Below, one piece after another: positions 17,773 through 26,229 of a stretch of DNA of 29,783 nt. Under the pieces are notes generated by a model, which was not told the origin of the DNA, did not search any database, and worked only from the letters and a program-made list of their open reading frames with translations. Made by a program: the position numbers and the translations under genes. The stretch's first letter is position 1. Each line of letters starts with the position of its first letter. Source of the stretch: a virus (Duplodnaviria; Caudoviricetes); IMG/VR virus record IMGVR_UViG_3300020059_000008, positions 1 to 29,783 of that record; one strand, given 5' to 3'.

Positions 17773-18167
17773 ACACTCTAAATGAAATGATTCCACTTCC
17801 ATACACAGAGGAAGAACAGGATGATATATTGATGCGAGCTGAGGGAGAAGGTCCAGACAATCAGACACTCTCAGACATCTTCAAGAATGTCACAATAAAC
17901 GAAGACATCATCCTCGTGATTGATGCAGGAGCAGAAGAATTTCTACGCAGAGGCTTAGCTACTATAAAGTATAAAGCTAACAAGGTAGCCAAAGAGGCTG
18001 GAATAGAGTACGACTCTAGAAGCCTAGAGTTTAGACTATTGCCCTGGACAGCAGAAGAGAAGAAACTCGATGCTGGATGGCAGAAGAAGAGTAAGATACA
18101 AGTATACCTGAAAGACAAGCAGAGTATCAGGGTACACAGAATGATGATAACTGACAAGGAGTTTTAA
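17754..18167 (+). CDS. Hypothetical protein
   Basis: GGAG SD; 137 aa ending DKEF. Confidence 0.8.
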   Translation: MGTDVVDTLNEMIPLPYTEEEQDDILMRAEGEGPDNQTLSDIFKNVTINEDIILVIDAGAEEFLRRGLATIKYKANKVAKEAGIEYDSRSLEFRLLPWTAEEKKLDAGWQKKSKIQVYLKDKQSIRVHRMMITDKEF

Positions 18168-18174
18168 AACAATC

Positions 18175-18570
18175 ATGGGAACATCAAGACAGCAACGCAG
18201 AATGGCAAAGTTTAGTGTAGGAGATTTTGTGTGTGTATCTGAGCCCATAGCTTATAACTATAATCTCTCGCGGGATACAGCCCAAGCGATTGGGAAGGTG
18301 ACAAGACAAGAGTCCAATGGGATCGTAGTAATAGAGTTTCCAAAGAGATTTACTGCGATTGGGACAACAAGGTTCTGGCCAGATGAAGTAAGGAAGGCTA
18401 ATGCATATGAAGGCATGATGGCTTTCTGGGATCCAGAGGAAGAGAACAGACGAATATTCTCACCAACAAATCAATCTCCTCTCCCAGCTCTCACATATCC
18501 AGAACAACGTAGGATTACAGCAGCAAGAGAGAAGCAAGAGCAAGCTAACCTTAAGATGGAGGACTTCTAA
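18175..18570 (+). CDS. Hypothetical protein, possible SH3/KOW-like fold
   Basis: KFSVGDFVCV...IGKVT...VVIEF pattern; ends MEDF. Confidence 0.7.
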   Translation: MGTSRQQRRMAKFSVGDFVCVSEPIAYNYNLSRDTAQAIGKVTRQESNGIVVIEFPKRFTAIGTTRFWPDEVRKANAYEGMMAFWDPEEENRRIFSPTNQSPLPALTYPEQRRITAAREKQEQANLKMEDF

Positions 18571-18574
18571 CACC

Positions 18575-18964
18575 ATGAGCACTATGAGCATCACAGATGA
18601 AGTTGCTATGACTCTTACATCCCTCCCAGACGATCCCACACCTACTTCTTCAAGCATACTCGGTACAGTGATCACCATCGAGGAGATACAAGAGAAGATT
18701 AAACTCCTAAGTACGTTGGAGACAGGAGAAGTGCTAAAAGATGCTATGGGAGAGCTTAAGCTAGCACTTCGACAGAATCCTGAAGCAGCTAATCTCTTGC
18801 TGCCTACTGAGATAGGTGAACTTGTGAAGCATCTGAGGAAGATCACTGCAACAGAAGTGACTCAAGCAGATGGGAAGGACAAAGAAAGAGCAGTAAAGAA
18901 AGCGATGAAGAGTGTAGACTTAAATGATCCTGAATTCCTCAATCAAGCTCTCAAGGACTTCTAA
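18575..18964 (+). CDS. Hypothetical protein
   Basis: GGAGG SD; helical; ends LKDF. Confidence 0.8.
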   Translation: MSTMSITDEVAMTLTSLPDDPTPTSSSILGTVITIEEIQEKIKLLSTLETGEVLKDAMGELKLALRQNPEAANLLLPTEIGELVKHLRKITATEVTQADGKDKERAVKKAMKSVDLNDPEFLNQALKDF

Positions 18965-18966
18965 TC

Positions 18967-19125
18967 ATGACACCACTGCTACACCCTGGACTATATCGTG
19001 TAGTTACCTCGTATCTCTGTGCTGGATTTGTAGTCGGAAAGAGTAGGAAGATTGAGAAGTGTGCACCAATCCTACGGAAGAAGATTGAGTACTGGTGTAC
19101 TATTGCAAAACATATAGGAGATTAG
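18967..19125 (+). CDS. Small hypothetical protein (52 aa)
   Basis: Below the track cut-off; fills the gap exactly; MTPLLHPGLYRVVTSYLCAGFVVGKSRKIEKCAPILRKKIEYWCTIAKHIGD. Confidence 0.7.
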   Translation: MTPLLHPGLYRVVTSYLCAGFVVGKSRKIEKCAPILRKKIEYWCTIAKHIGD

Positions 19126-19126
19126 A

Positions 19127-19417
19127 ATGATACCATCAGGAGTAAACACACCACCAGCCGCGAAGAACGAAGGGTACAAAGATGCACTCTGGAAGAGGCT
19201 TGATGAGTTACATGATTCCATCAAGAGCATCCGTAATGCATGGGCTAAAGAGTTTGTTAAGAGTGTACACAAACAAGCATTTGAAGGTGGAATACTTAGT
19301 CTGAGCGCAAAGCAAATAGCTAAAGTGGAGGAGCTGTATGACATTTACTGTGGAGAAGATGCACAGAAGAAGAGTGGAGATGAAAAAACAGGGGATATGT
19401 TTGAGAAGAAGATATAG
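19127..19417 (+). CDS. Hypothetical protein (W..EF..S...KQ...E.LY motif)
   Basis: AGGAG SD; tightly packed with neighbours. Confidence 0.75.
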   Translation: MIPSGVNTPPAAKNEGYKDALWKRLDELHDSIKSIRNAWAKEFVKSVHKQAFEGGILSLSAKQIAKVEELYDIYCGEDAQKKSGDEKTGDMFEKKI

Positions 19418-19418
19418 T

Positions 19419-20036
19419 ATGTCTGCTAGCAAGATAGGGGTAACTCTGCGCAGAGGCGAGGAACGAGCCTCAAGCACACACGTCGCCGCCAGCACCTCTC
19501 AGCACAGTGCTGCATCTACTACCAAAGCAGTCGGCCGCCCCTTATCAATCTTTCTTTGCAGGCAATGGGTTGCTTTTCACGACTTTGACTTTCACGATGT
19601 TTGCCAGCATCTAACAATGAGGAATACGATCTTGCTGCTCACAAAGTATGGTGAAGTTGACTATGTAGAGATGGTATGTCAACTGCGGAAAGCATTAGAG
19701 GGTAACATTGTTGATATCAAAACAGATAGAGAGATGGTTGATACATATATTGAACATTTCAGTATATGTATGGTTCCACAATTATGTGAGAAAGATGCAA
19801 AAGAGATCATAAGACTGCATTATTTCTACGGAGATAGTGCAAAGAGCATTGATACTAAGCGGAAGTTAGAGCAACTCCTCGCTTACAGGTCAATGACGAC
19901 TAATGAACTCGATGCATGGGGATTGGAATTTCTTATGAGCATGCAAAGTTTAATGGCTAAGTATATTAACTTCATGCCAACAAAGAAACAATCAGAGATT
20001 ATTGAAAAACTCTACACAAGATATAGGACATATTGA
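19419..20036 (+). CDS. Hypothetical protein ending in the same motif as the upstream gene
   Basis: ATG 19419 follows the upstream stop (track start 19338 overlaps it). Confidence 0.7.
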   Translation: MSASKIGVTLRRGEERASSTHVAASTSQHSAASTTKAVGRPLSIFLCRQWVAFHDFDFHDVCQHLTMRNTILLLTKYGEVDYVEMVCQLRKALEGNIVDIKTDREMVDTYIEHFSICMVPQLCEKDAKEIIRLHYFYGDSAKSIDTKRKLEQLLAYRSMTTNELDAWGLEFLMSMQSLMAKYINFMPTKKQSEIIEKLYTRYRTY

Positions 20037-20038
20037 TT

Positions 20039-20230
20039 ATGATTACACACCAACAACTTATAAACAAGATCAAAAGGGAAGTTGAGAGGAAGATAACGCT
20101 CGATGAAATACTTAAGGACCTCTTCGACAGAGTAGCTACACCTATTGGTTCGCTCATTGATCAGAAGAAGCTCTCACATGAAGATGGTAGAGAGTTACTA
20201 CATCAGATTCTGTCGAGATTAATATCATAA
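20039..20230 (+). CDS. Hypothetical protein
   Basis: In series; AGGA SD. Confidence 0.6.
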   Translation: MITHQQLINKIKREVERKITLDEILKDLFDRVATPIGSLIDQKKLSHEDGRELLHQILSRLIS

Positions 20231-20267
20231 CCACAGACGCTACCAACACTCAAAGGAGCAATACACA

Positions 20268-20513
20268 ATGGCTACTGTAACTGTAACGTTTGACACATTG
20301 CAAGCTGCACAGGATTTGATAGATGCGGGCTTTAGTGAGAAGCAAGCAAAGGCTGCTGTACGTGTAATCTCTGATGCTCAGGCACGCCTAGTAACAAAGG
20401 AAGACCTTAACATAGCTATACAAGGACTTCTTATAAAGCAGAGTGTAGTAGTTGCAACTATGCTTGGTCTCACAGTTGCTGTTCTCGGATTTCTGATACG
20501 TTTGCCACATTGA
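20268..20513 (+). CDS. DUF1640/CCDC90-like membrane-anchored protein (short copy)
   Basis: TFDTLQAAQDLIDAGFSEKQAKA head, LVTKEDL neck, C-terminal TM helix; AAAGGAG SD. Confidence 0.8.
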   Translation: MATVTVTFDTLQAAQDLIDAGFSEKQAKAAVRVISDAQARLVTKEDLNIAIQGLLIKQSVVVATMLGLTVAVLGFLIRLPH

Positions 20514-20517
20514 CATC

Positions 20518-21471
20518 ATGACCTCTCTTAGCAGTCTCAGCACTAATCCTCTTCGCCTCAGCTTCTCCTCACTCAATCTGCTTACAGGCTGTGATCGTAA
20601 GTTTCAGCTTCAACGCCTACTTGAGAGCAATGAAGAGGAACAAGATGAAGCACCACAGTTTCCTTTCGGTCACTGTTTTGGAGATGGTATAGCAGACTAT
20701 CTTCTCCATGGTGATATGGATCATGCCATGTTTGTTGGGTGGATGGCTTACTGGCCTGATATCTCTGATGCTAAACGCACAGTGTGGTATGCTCTCAATG
20801 CTGTACTCCAAGCACAAGAGACACTTGATGGGATCAGGGAAGAGTGGGAGGTTGCAATCTTTGAAGATAAACCTGCAACAGAACTCTCCTTCAAGCTTGT
20901 TGTCAACGATTGGTGTTACTTTGTAGGCTACATTGATGCAGTACTTCGCAACAAACGGGATGGTCATCTCGCAGTGTTCGAGTGTAAGCATTCAACCTCT
21001 ATCCTCAATGACCTTACACCAATGTACAAGAACTCAGGTCAAGCACTTGGTTACTCTATTGTGCTTGATGCAATAGCACGGCAGGAGCTTGGTAAGTATT
21101 CACTCTTCTACTTTGTTGGTCAGCTAAAGAGACCAAACACTCCAGTGTATCATGTGTTCGAGTGGAAGAAGACACTCCTCGATAGACTCAACTGGTTCCT
21201 CACTCTTGGATTAGATGTTGAGAGGTTACAGAGGAACATTGAGCTTGGTATTTTTCCAATGAGAGGAAATCATTGTCTCTCGTTCAACCGAGTATGTGAA
21301 TTCTTTGGTACATGTAATCTGCACAGCTTTGATAAGCCAAAGGTGAGAGAGGTTGATACAGTGGAGTATCAATTTGTGTATACACTAGATGAGTTGGTGA
21401 AGCAGCATCTCACATCAATCAAAACTAATGGAACAGCACAAACATCTACAACAAAGGAGACAACAACATGA
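20518..21471 (+). CDS. PD-(D/E)xK exonuclease, Cas4/AddB-like
   Basis: LSFSSL....GC.RKF, GYIDAV, VFECK, Q...Y, and C-terminal C......C.F...C (Fe-S-type cysteines). Confidence 0.85.
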   Translation: MTSLSSLSTNPLRLSFSSLNLLTGCDRKFQLQRLLESNEEEQDEAPQFPFGHCFGDGIADYLLHGDMDHAMFVGWMAYWPDISDAKRTVWYALNAVLQAQETLDGIREEWEVAIFEDKPATELSFKLVVNDWCYFVGYIDAVLRNKRDGHLAVFECKHSTSILNDLTPMYKNSGQALGYSIVLDAIARQELGKYSLFYFVGQLKRPNTPVYHVFEWKKTLLDRLNWFLTLGLDVERLQRNIELGIFPMRGNHCLSFNRVCEFFGTCNLHSFDKPKVREVDTVEYQFVYTLDELVKQHLTSIKTNGTAQTSTTKETTT

Positions 21472-21644
21472 GACTTGAACTCGATACGGAAGAAGTGAAG
21501 AGGATACTACTCAGTTGGGCTAAAGAGAAGTTCCCAGGGAGTTTTGATACTGTTGAACTTCAGAATGGATACTCTGTATTCAAAGGTACAGTGTTGACGA
21601 AAGATGCAGAGGTGGGAACGAGTGATGGAGTTGACCGTGGCTAA
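21468..21644 (+). CDS. Small hypothetical protein (58 aa)
   Basis: Below the track cut-off; AAAGGAG SD, ATGA overlap; MRLELDTEEVKRILLSWAKEKFPG... Confidence 0.65.
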   Translation: MRLELDTEEVKRILLSWAKEKFPGSFDTVELQNGYSVFKGTVLTKDAEVGTSDGVDRG

Positions 21645-22593
21645 TCTCGCAGAACTTGCCGCTGCTTCTCATGCTCTATCTATCCCCACAAACCATACTC
21701 TCCTCATCTATGGTGATCCCAAATCAGGCAAGACCAGACTAGCTGCTACTCTTGCTCGTATTCCTCAAGTCCGTAGAATCTACTTCTTCGACGGGGAGAA
21801 TGGGTCAGATACTCTACTCACAATGGCCCGCACCTCTATTATCTCCACTGAAGAAGCCTCTAAGATCATCCTTATCAAGGTATCAGACACTCCAGATCAT
21901 CCGTACTTCATTGAAACTATCCTTCGTGCGTTCTTTCCTCCACAAGGTAAGAGTGCAGTACGTATCTGTGCTGTACATGGGAGAGTTGAATGTCCACTTT
22001 GTATACAGAAGAAGATAACAGGTGAGGAATGGACACCATTTGACATATTCAGTTTGGGGCACGATGACTGGGTAGTGATTGATACAGGATCACAGTTAGC
22101 ACAGTCTGCAATTGAAAGTGTGAGTAAAGGATTCGCATATACTACAAAGTTTGGTTTCGATGAATATGGACCACAGGGGAGGATGTTAACTGATATACTT
22201 ACACTCATTCAAGCTGCTCCAACAAACTTCTGTATGCTCGCCCACCAAGTTGTGCTTAAGGGAGGACAGTATGAGGATGAGAGCTTAAACTCTAAGGGTG
22301 AGAGAGTATCAAAGAAAGCATATCTCGATAACGAACCGAAGTTCTATCCTCTCATTGGGACTAGAGCATTCAGTTTGAATGTTGCCAAGTTCTTTGGAAC
22401 AGTAATCTACACTGATATGAGACTGAGGAAGCATGTGGCCGGCTCCTCTTCCACTTACAATAGTGATATGATAACAGGCTCCCGCCTGGGGATAGCAATT
22501 GAGAAAGCATCAGAGGCTGATCTCTCAATCGTGCTACCACAGGCTGGACTGTATCCCCTCACACAAACTCAACACACTAACACTGACACGTAA
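21637..22593 (+). CDS. AAA_24/Sak4-like P-loop ATPase (recombinase)
   Basis: LIYGDPKSGKT, FDGENG, VVIDTGSQL, LAH; inserted C..H....CPLC zinc motif; lies between nuclease and SSB; GTG 21637 has a GGAG SD. Confidence 0.85.
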   Translation: MANLAELAAASHALSIPTNHTLLIYGDPKSGKTRLAATLARIPQVRRIYFFDGENGSDTLLTMARTSIISTEEASKIILIKVSDTPDHPYFIETILRAFFPPQGKSAVRICAVHGRVECPLCIQKKITGEEWTPFDIFSLGHDDWVVIDTGSQLAQSAIESVSKGFAYTTKFGFDEYGPQGRMLTDILTLIQAAPTNFCMLAHQVVLKGGQYEDESLNSKGERVSKKAYLDNEPKFYPLIGTRAFSLNVAKFFGTVIYTDMRLRKHVAGSSSTYNSDMITGSRLGIAIEKASEADLSIVLPQAGLYPLTQTQHTNTDT

Positions 22594-22655
22594 ACTAGGA
22601 TTGATACTGATATCACACCAACTTCGAAGTCTACTGCTTAGGAGTAACACACATC

Positions 22656-23255
22656 ATGTTTATGTTTAATGCTAGGCCACTGTATGCTGCAATGATTCCT
22701 CTGTTTGCTACAAGCCATGAAGGAGGAAATGGAGGAAGCTCTATGACACTACTCGATATGGACTCCATTCTGGGACAATCTCTGGATGATACCCCAGATG
22801 TACCAGAGTTCATAAACGATATCCCAGCTGGCTCTTATCTGCTTACAATCACAAAGGCTGGTGTGGAGAAGTACAAGAGTAAGGATGAAGACACTGGACT
22901 TGAGACTGAGAGAATGCGGATACGTGTAGTCTATTCCATTCAAAAGACTATCGAACTCGCTGATCCCACAGACATTCCTGTTCCTGATGGTTCACTGTTC
23001 TCCGAGAGCTTCATGGTCAACGAGAATGGGATGCAGTACTTCAAGAGACAGGCGAAGAAGACTCTTGGAACAGATAACATCCAGGGTGCAAGTGTGAAGG
23101 AGATACTTGCCGAGATGGAGAATGATCTCACATTGCAGGCTAAGGTGAAGACGAAGAGCACTAAGGCTGATAACGGAAAGGAGTACAAGAATGTGCAAGT
23201 CCACATCATCGGAACAGTTGATGATCCAGACTTTGTAACAGCAACAGGTTCATAG
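22656..23255 (+). CDS. Putative single-stranded DNA-binding protein (DUF669-like)
   Basis: Acidic, IPAGSYLLTI motif, follows the Sak4-like gene; second possible start at 22743. Confidence 0.6.
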   Translation: MFMFNARPLYAAMIPLFATSHEGGNGGSSMTLLDMDSILGQSLDDTPDVPEFINDIPAGSYLLTITKAGVEKYKSKDEDTGLETERMRIRVVYSIQKTIELADPTDIPVPDGSLFSESFMVNENGMQYFKRQAKKTLGTDNIQGASVKEILAEMENDLTLQAKVKTKSTKADNGKEYKNVQVHIIGTVDDPDFVTATGS

Positions 23256-23348
23256 CCACATTCTCACACGTTAGCACGTAGCACACCCAACTCTACCCTG
23301 CCTCTCACGAAGTTGGGTAGAGTCACCTTACAGAGGAAAGGAGAACAC

Positions 23349-23555
23349 GTGATCTTCCACTGGTTAGATGTAACTATGGATATTGAGTATGGAGATGATC
23401 TCTTAGACTTGAGGCATGAAGGAGAGCAACCCTTCGCAGTTACCCTAACTTTTGAGGAGATGAAGTATCTCATGCACAATCCACATTATATTCATGATGT
23501 CACCTATGCACTCTCAGAAGAGGTACCAACAAACTATCAGGAGGTAATACAATAA
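23349..23555 (+). CDS. Hypothetical acidic protein
   Basis: GTG 23349 with AAAGGAG SD, in frame with the track ORF. Confidence 0.65.
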   Translation: MIFHWLDVTMDIEYGDDLLDLRHEGEQPFAVTLTFEEMKYLMHNPHYIHDVTYALSEEVPTNYQEVIQ

Positions 23556-24001
23556 TGAATCATGCAGATTGGAGCATACTATTTCGCAATACTATAAACG
23601 AGATAGAGAGATTGAGTGTACAGAAAGGAGGAGAGTACGCTTCAGGAGGAGATAGGCTTGAGAACTTCAAACATAATGCTGCAAGCCTTGGCTTGAGACC
23701 AGAACAAGTGTGGGCTGTGTATGCGGGCAAACATTGGGATGCAATACAGACATATGTAAAAGACATCTCGTCTAATAGACTTAGGGAGAGGAGTGAGTCA
23801 ATTGAGGGAAGACTTGATGATCTAATTGTGTATTGTATATTGATGAAAGCAATCATACAAGAACAGAATGTGCAGCCAGGTACACAGATCAAAGATGAAG
23901 GAGGAATAGAGACTCCTCACTTCCTTTTGAAAGACTCTCTCCCACACGTACTGGACTACAACTCAAGAGGCTTTGATACTGGAAGTGGAGATCAGAAGTG
24001 A
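23555..24001 (+). CDS. Helical protein of the K..EYA...D.L.NF type (DUF1599/MazG-like, putative nucleotide metabolism)
   Basis: KGGEYASGGDRLENFK ... KH ... E.IEGRLDDLIVY; adjacent to the polymerase. Confidence 0.5.
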   Translation: MNHADWSILFRNTINEIERLSVQKGGEYASGGDRLENFKHNAASLGLRPEQVWAVYAGKHWDAIQTYVKDISSNRLRERSESIEGRLDDLIVYCILMKAIIQEQNVQPGTQIKDEGGIETPHFLLKDSLPHVLDYNSRGFDTGSGDQK

Positions 24002-26229
24002 GACTTCTTGTTAACCATTCAACAGAGGACAGACCATACCTACCCTCTCTGATTCCTCTATTGAAGGCTGAGGGGCTTACTGGTGTTGCTACTTCGAAAA
24101 TATACACGATAGGAGAACTTCAAGATGCAGCAAAGAAACAGAGGTGTCAGGCAGTGCTGCTATCTAATTCATCTACTCTTATCAACTGTCTTGGTGAGTC
24201 TGCTCGTCTATCAAACTTCCGTGGAACTCGCATTAATTACACTATACCAGTTATTGTGGTTAATCCTATGGAGCACACACACTCTGTAAATCATGGGAGG
24301 TGGCTGTTAGCACAGGATCTCGAGAAGTTTAGACATATACGTGAAGCAGTACAATCTTTCTCCTTTACTGTGCTTGAGACTCCAGAGCAGATGCAACAAG
24401 TACAGTTAAGATTGGAAACAGCAATCCTCATCAGCCTGGATATTGAAACCAATGATAAACTTCAAATCACGTGCATCAGTTACGCTGCTATCTTTAATGA
24501 TTCCTCTACTGCTTGCTACATTCTTCCTCTTGTGGACTTTGGGGAAGATCATTTTACGGATGATGAAATGTACGCAACAGCTATTACAACGATGCGAAGA
24601 ATCAATAAATCGGCAATACCGAAAGTAGCTTTCAACGGTCAATACGATAGTACTTATCTCCTGACATATGATGCTGAGCCTGTTAATTTTGTCTGTGATC
24701 CAATGGTACTAAGCTGGTGTGAGTACAGTGAACTTCCTCGTTCTCTTGATTTTGTTAGCTCGCTCTGCTGCTACGACTACTTCTACTGGAAAGGAGAAGC
24801 TGAAGAGGCTAAACAGAAAGGAGCTATCAGAGAGTACTGGGCATACTGTGCGAAAGACAGTTGGTATACTCTAAGATGCGCGCTGCATCAAATGTCAACA
24901 AAACCAGCCTATGCTTACACAAACTACTCTAAAATATTCCACCTTATTCATCCTGCAATCTACTGTGCATTCGAGGGATTCAGAGTAGATGAGGCGAAGC
25001 GAATCGAGAACAGGGCCAAGGCTGTATCAGTGAAGTTAGAGGCACTCAATAATCTACAGACTATGTCATGTGATCCTGAATTCAACCCTGGGAGCTGGCA
25101 ACAGGTCGCTCGCTTCTTATATGAAACAATAGGCGCTTCTCGTGTGAAAGGTGCTCCTAATGCGGGGACAGATGAGAAGACTCTAAACATGGTAGCAATT
25201 CAACACCCACTTCTTGCGAGGATCATTGATGAAATCCAAACGTACAGAGGACAAGCTAAACTTATCTCGACTTACTTTGACTTTGTTCAAAAACAAGGAC
25301 GGCTCCTCTACTCTCTCGACCCTAGTGGAACGGACACAGGAAGATCAGCTTCTCAAGCTTCTCCTTTCTGGCTCGGGACTCAAATACAAAATGTACCAAG
25401 AGGACATGACATTAAAGACTGGCTCGTTGCAGATGAAGGTTATACGCTATGCGAAGCGGACAAGAGTAAAAGTGAAGCTAGGTGTGTAGGATACATGGCA
25501 CAGTGTGAAGCATACATTACAGCCATTGAAGATAAGACAAAAGACTTCTACAAACAAGTAGCAACTTTGTTGTTTGGTATTCCATATGCTGAAGTCTCTG
25601 ACGAAATCAGGAATGATGTTACTAAACATATAACGCATGGTGCGAACTATGTCATGGGACCTATACCACTGATTGGAAGGGCCACACCTAAAAGACTATA
25701 CTCTGCAATGTCTAATCTGAAGGCCCCAACAAAGAACCTAACTGAATTTGCTAAGTGGTTACTTGCTATTTATCATAAACCCTTCCATGAAATAAAACAG
25801 AACTGGTATCCTGCAACTAAGTTGGAAATACAACGAACTCATAAACTTATAAGTCCTCTTGGATGGACTAGATACTTCTTTGGTGATATATCAAAACAGC
25901 ATGCTGTATTTCGTGCAGCTGTAGCACATGGGCCGCAGAATCTCTCAGTGGAACTTATCAACAAAGCATTCTGGAGAGTATACCGTGATCTCGTAATACC
26001 GTCCAATGGATCAGTAAGACTAAAAGCTCAAGTACATGACTCAATAATAATTCAATGTAAAGGAGAACAACTAAGAGAGGTAACAATGCAAATGAATAAG
26101 ATTATGAATATACCATGTGAGGTTCATGGGAGAGTAATGAGAATACCAACTGAGTTCAAAGTTAGTAAGATCAATGGATCATGGGGAGAGATGGATGAGT
26201 ACAATCCCACCATTACCCATATCCACTAA
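23998..26229 (+). CDS. polA: Family A DNA polymerase with 3'-5' exonuclease and an N-terminal UDG-like remnant
   Basis: ExoI LDIET, ExoII FNGQYD, ExoIII YCAKD; TDTGRSAS, QNVP, motif A DKSKSEAR, motif B R....KHITHGANY, motif C QVHDS. Confidence 0.95.
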   Translation: MRLLVNHSTEDRPYLPSLIPLLKAEGLTGVATSKIYTIGELQDAAKKQRCQAVLLSNSSTLINCLGESARLSNFRGTRINYTIPVIVVNPMEHTHSVNHGRWLLAQDLEKFRHIREAVQSFSFTVLETPEQMQQVQLRLETAILISLDIETNDKLQITCISYAAIFNDSSTACYILPLVDFGEDHFTDDEMYATAITTMRRINKSAIPKVAFNGQYDSTYLLTYDAEPVNFVCDPMVLSWCEYSELPRSLDFVSSLCCYDYFYWKGEAEEAKQKGAIREYWAYCAKDSWYTLRCALHQMSTKPAYAYTNYSKIFHLIHPAIYCAFEGFRVDEAKRIENRAKAVSVKLEALNNLQTMSCDPEFNPGSWQQVARFLYETIGASRVKGAPNAGTDEKTLNMVAIQHPLLARIIDEIQTYRGQAKLISTYFDFVQKQGRLLYSLDPSGTDTGRSASQASPFWLGTQIQNVPRGHDIKDWLVADEGYTLCEADKSKSEARCVGYMAQCEAYITAIEDKTKDFYKQVATLLFGIPYAEVSDEIRNDVTKHITHGANYVMGPIPLIGRATPKRLYSAMSNLKAPTKNLTEFAKWLLAIYHKPFHEIKQNWYPATKLEIQRTHKLISPLGWTRYFFGDISKQHAVFRAAVAHGPQNLSVELINKAFWRVYRDLVIPSNGSVRLKAQVHDSIIIQCKGEQLREVTMQMNKIMNIPCEVHGRVMRIPTEFKVSKINGSWGEMDEYNPTITHIH

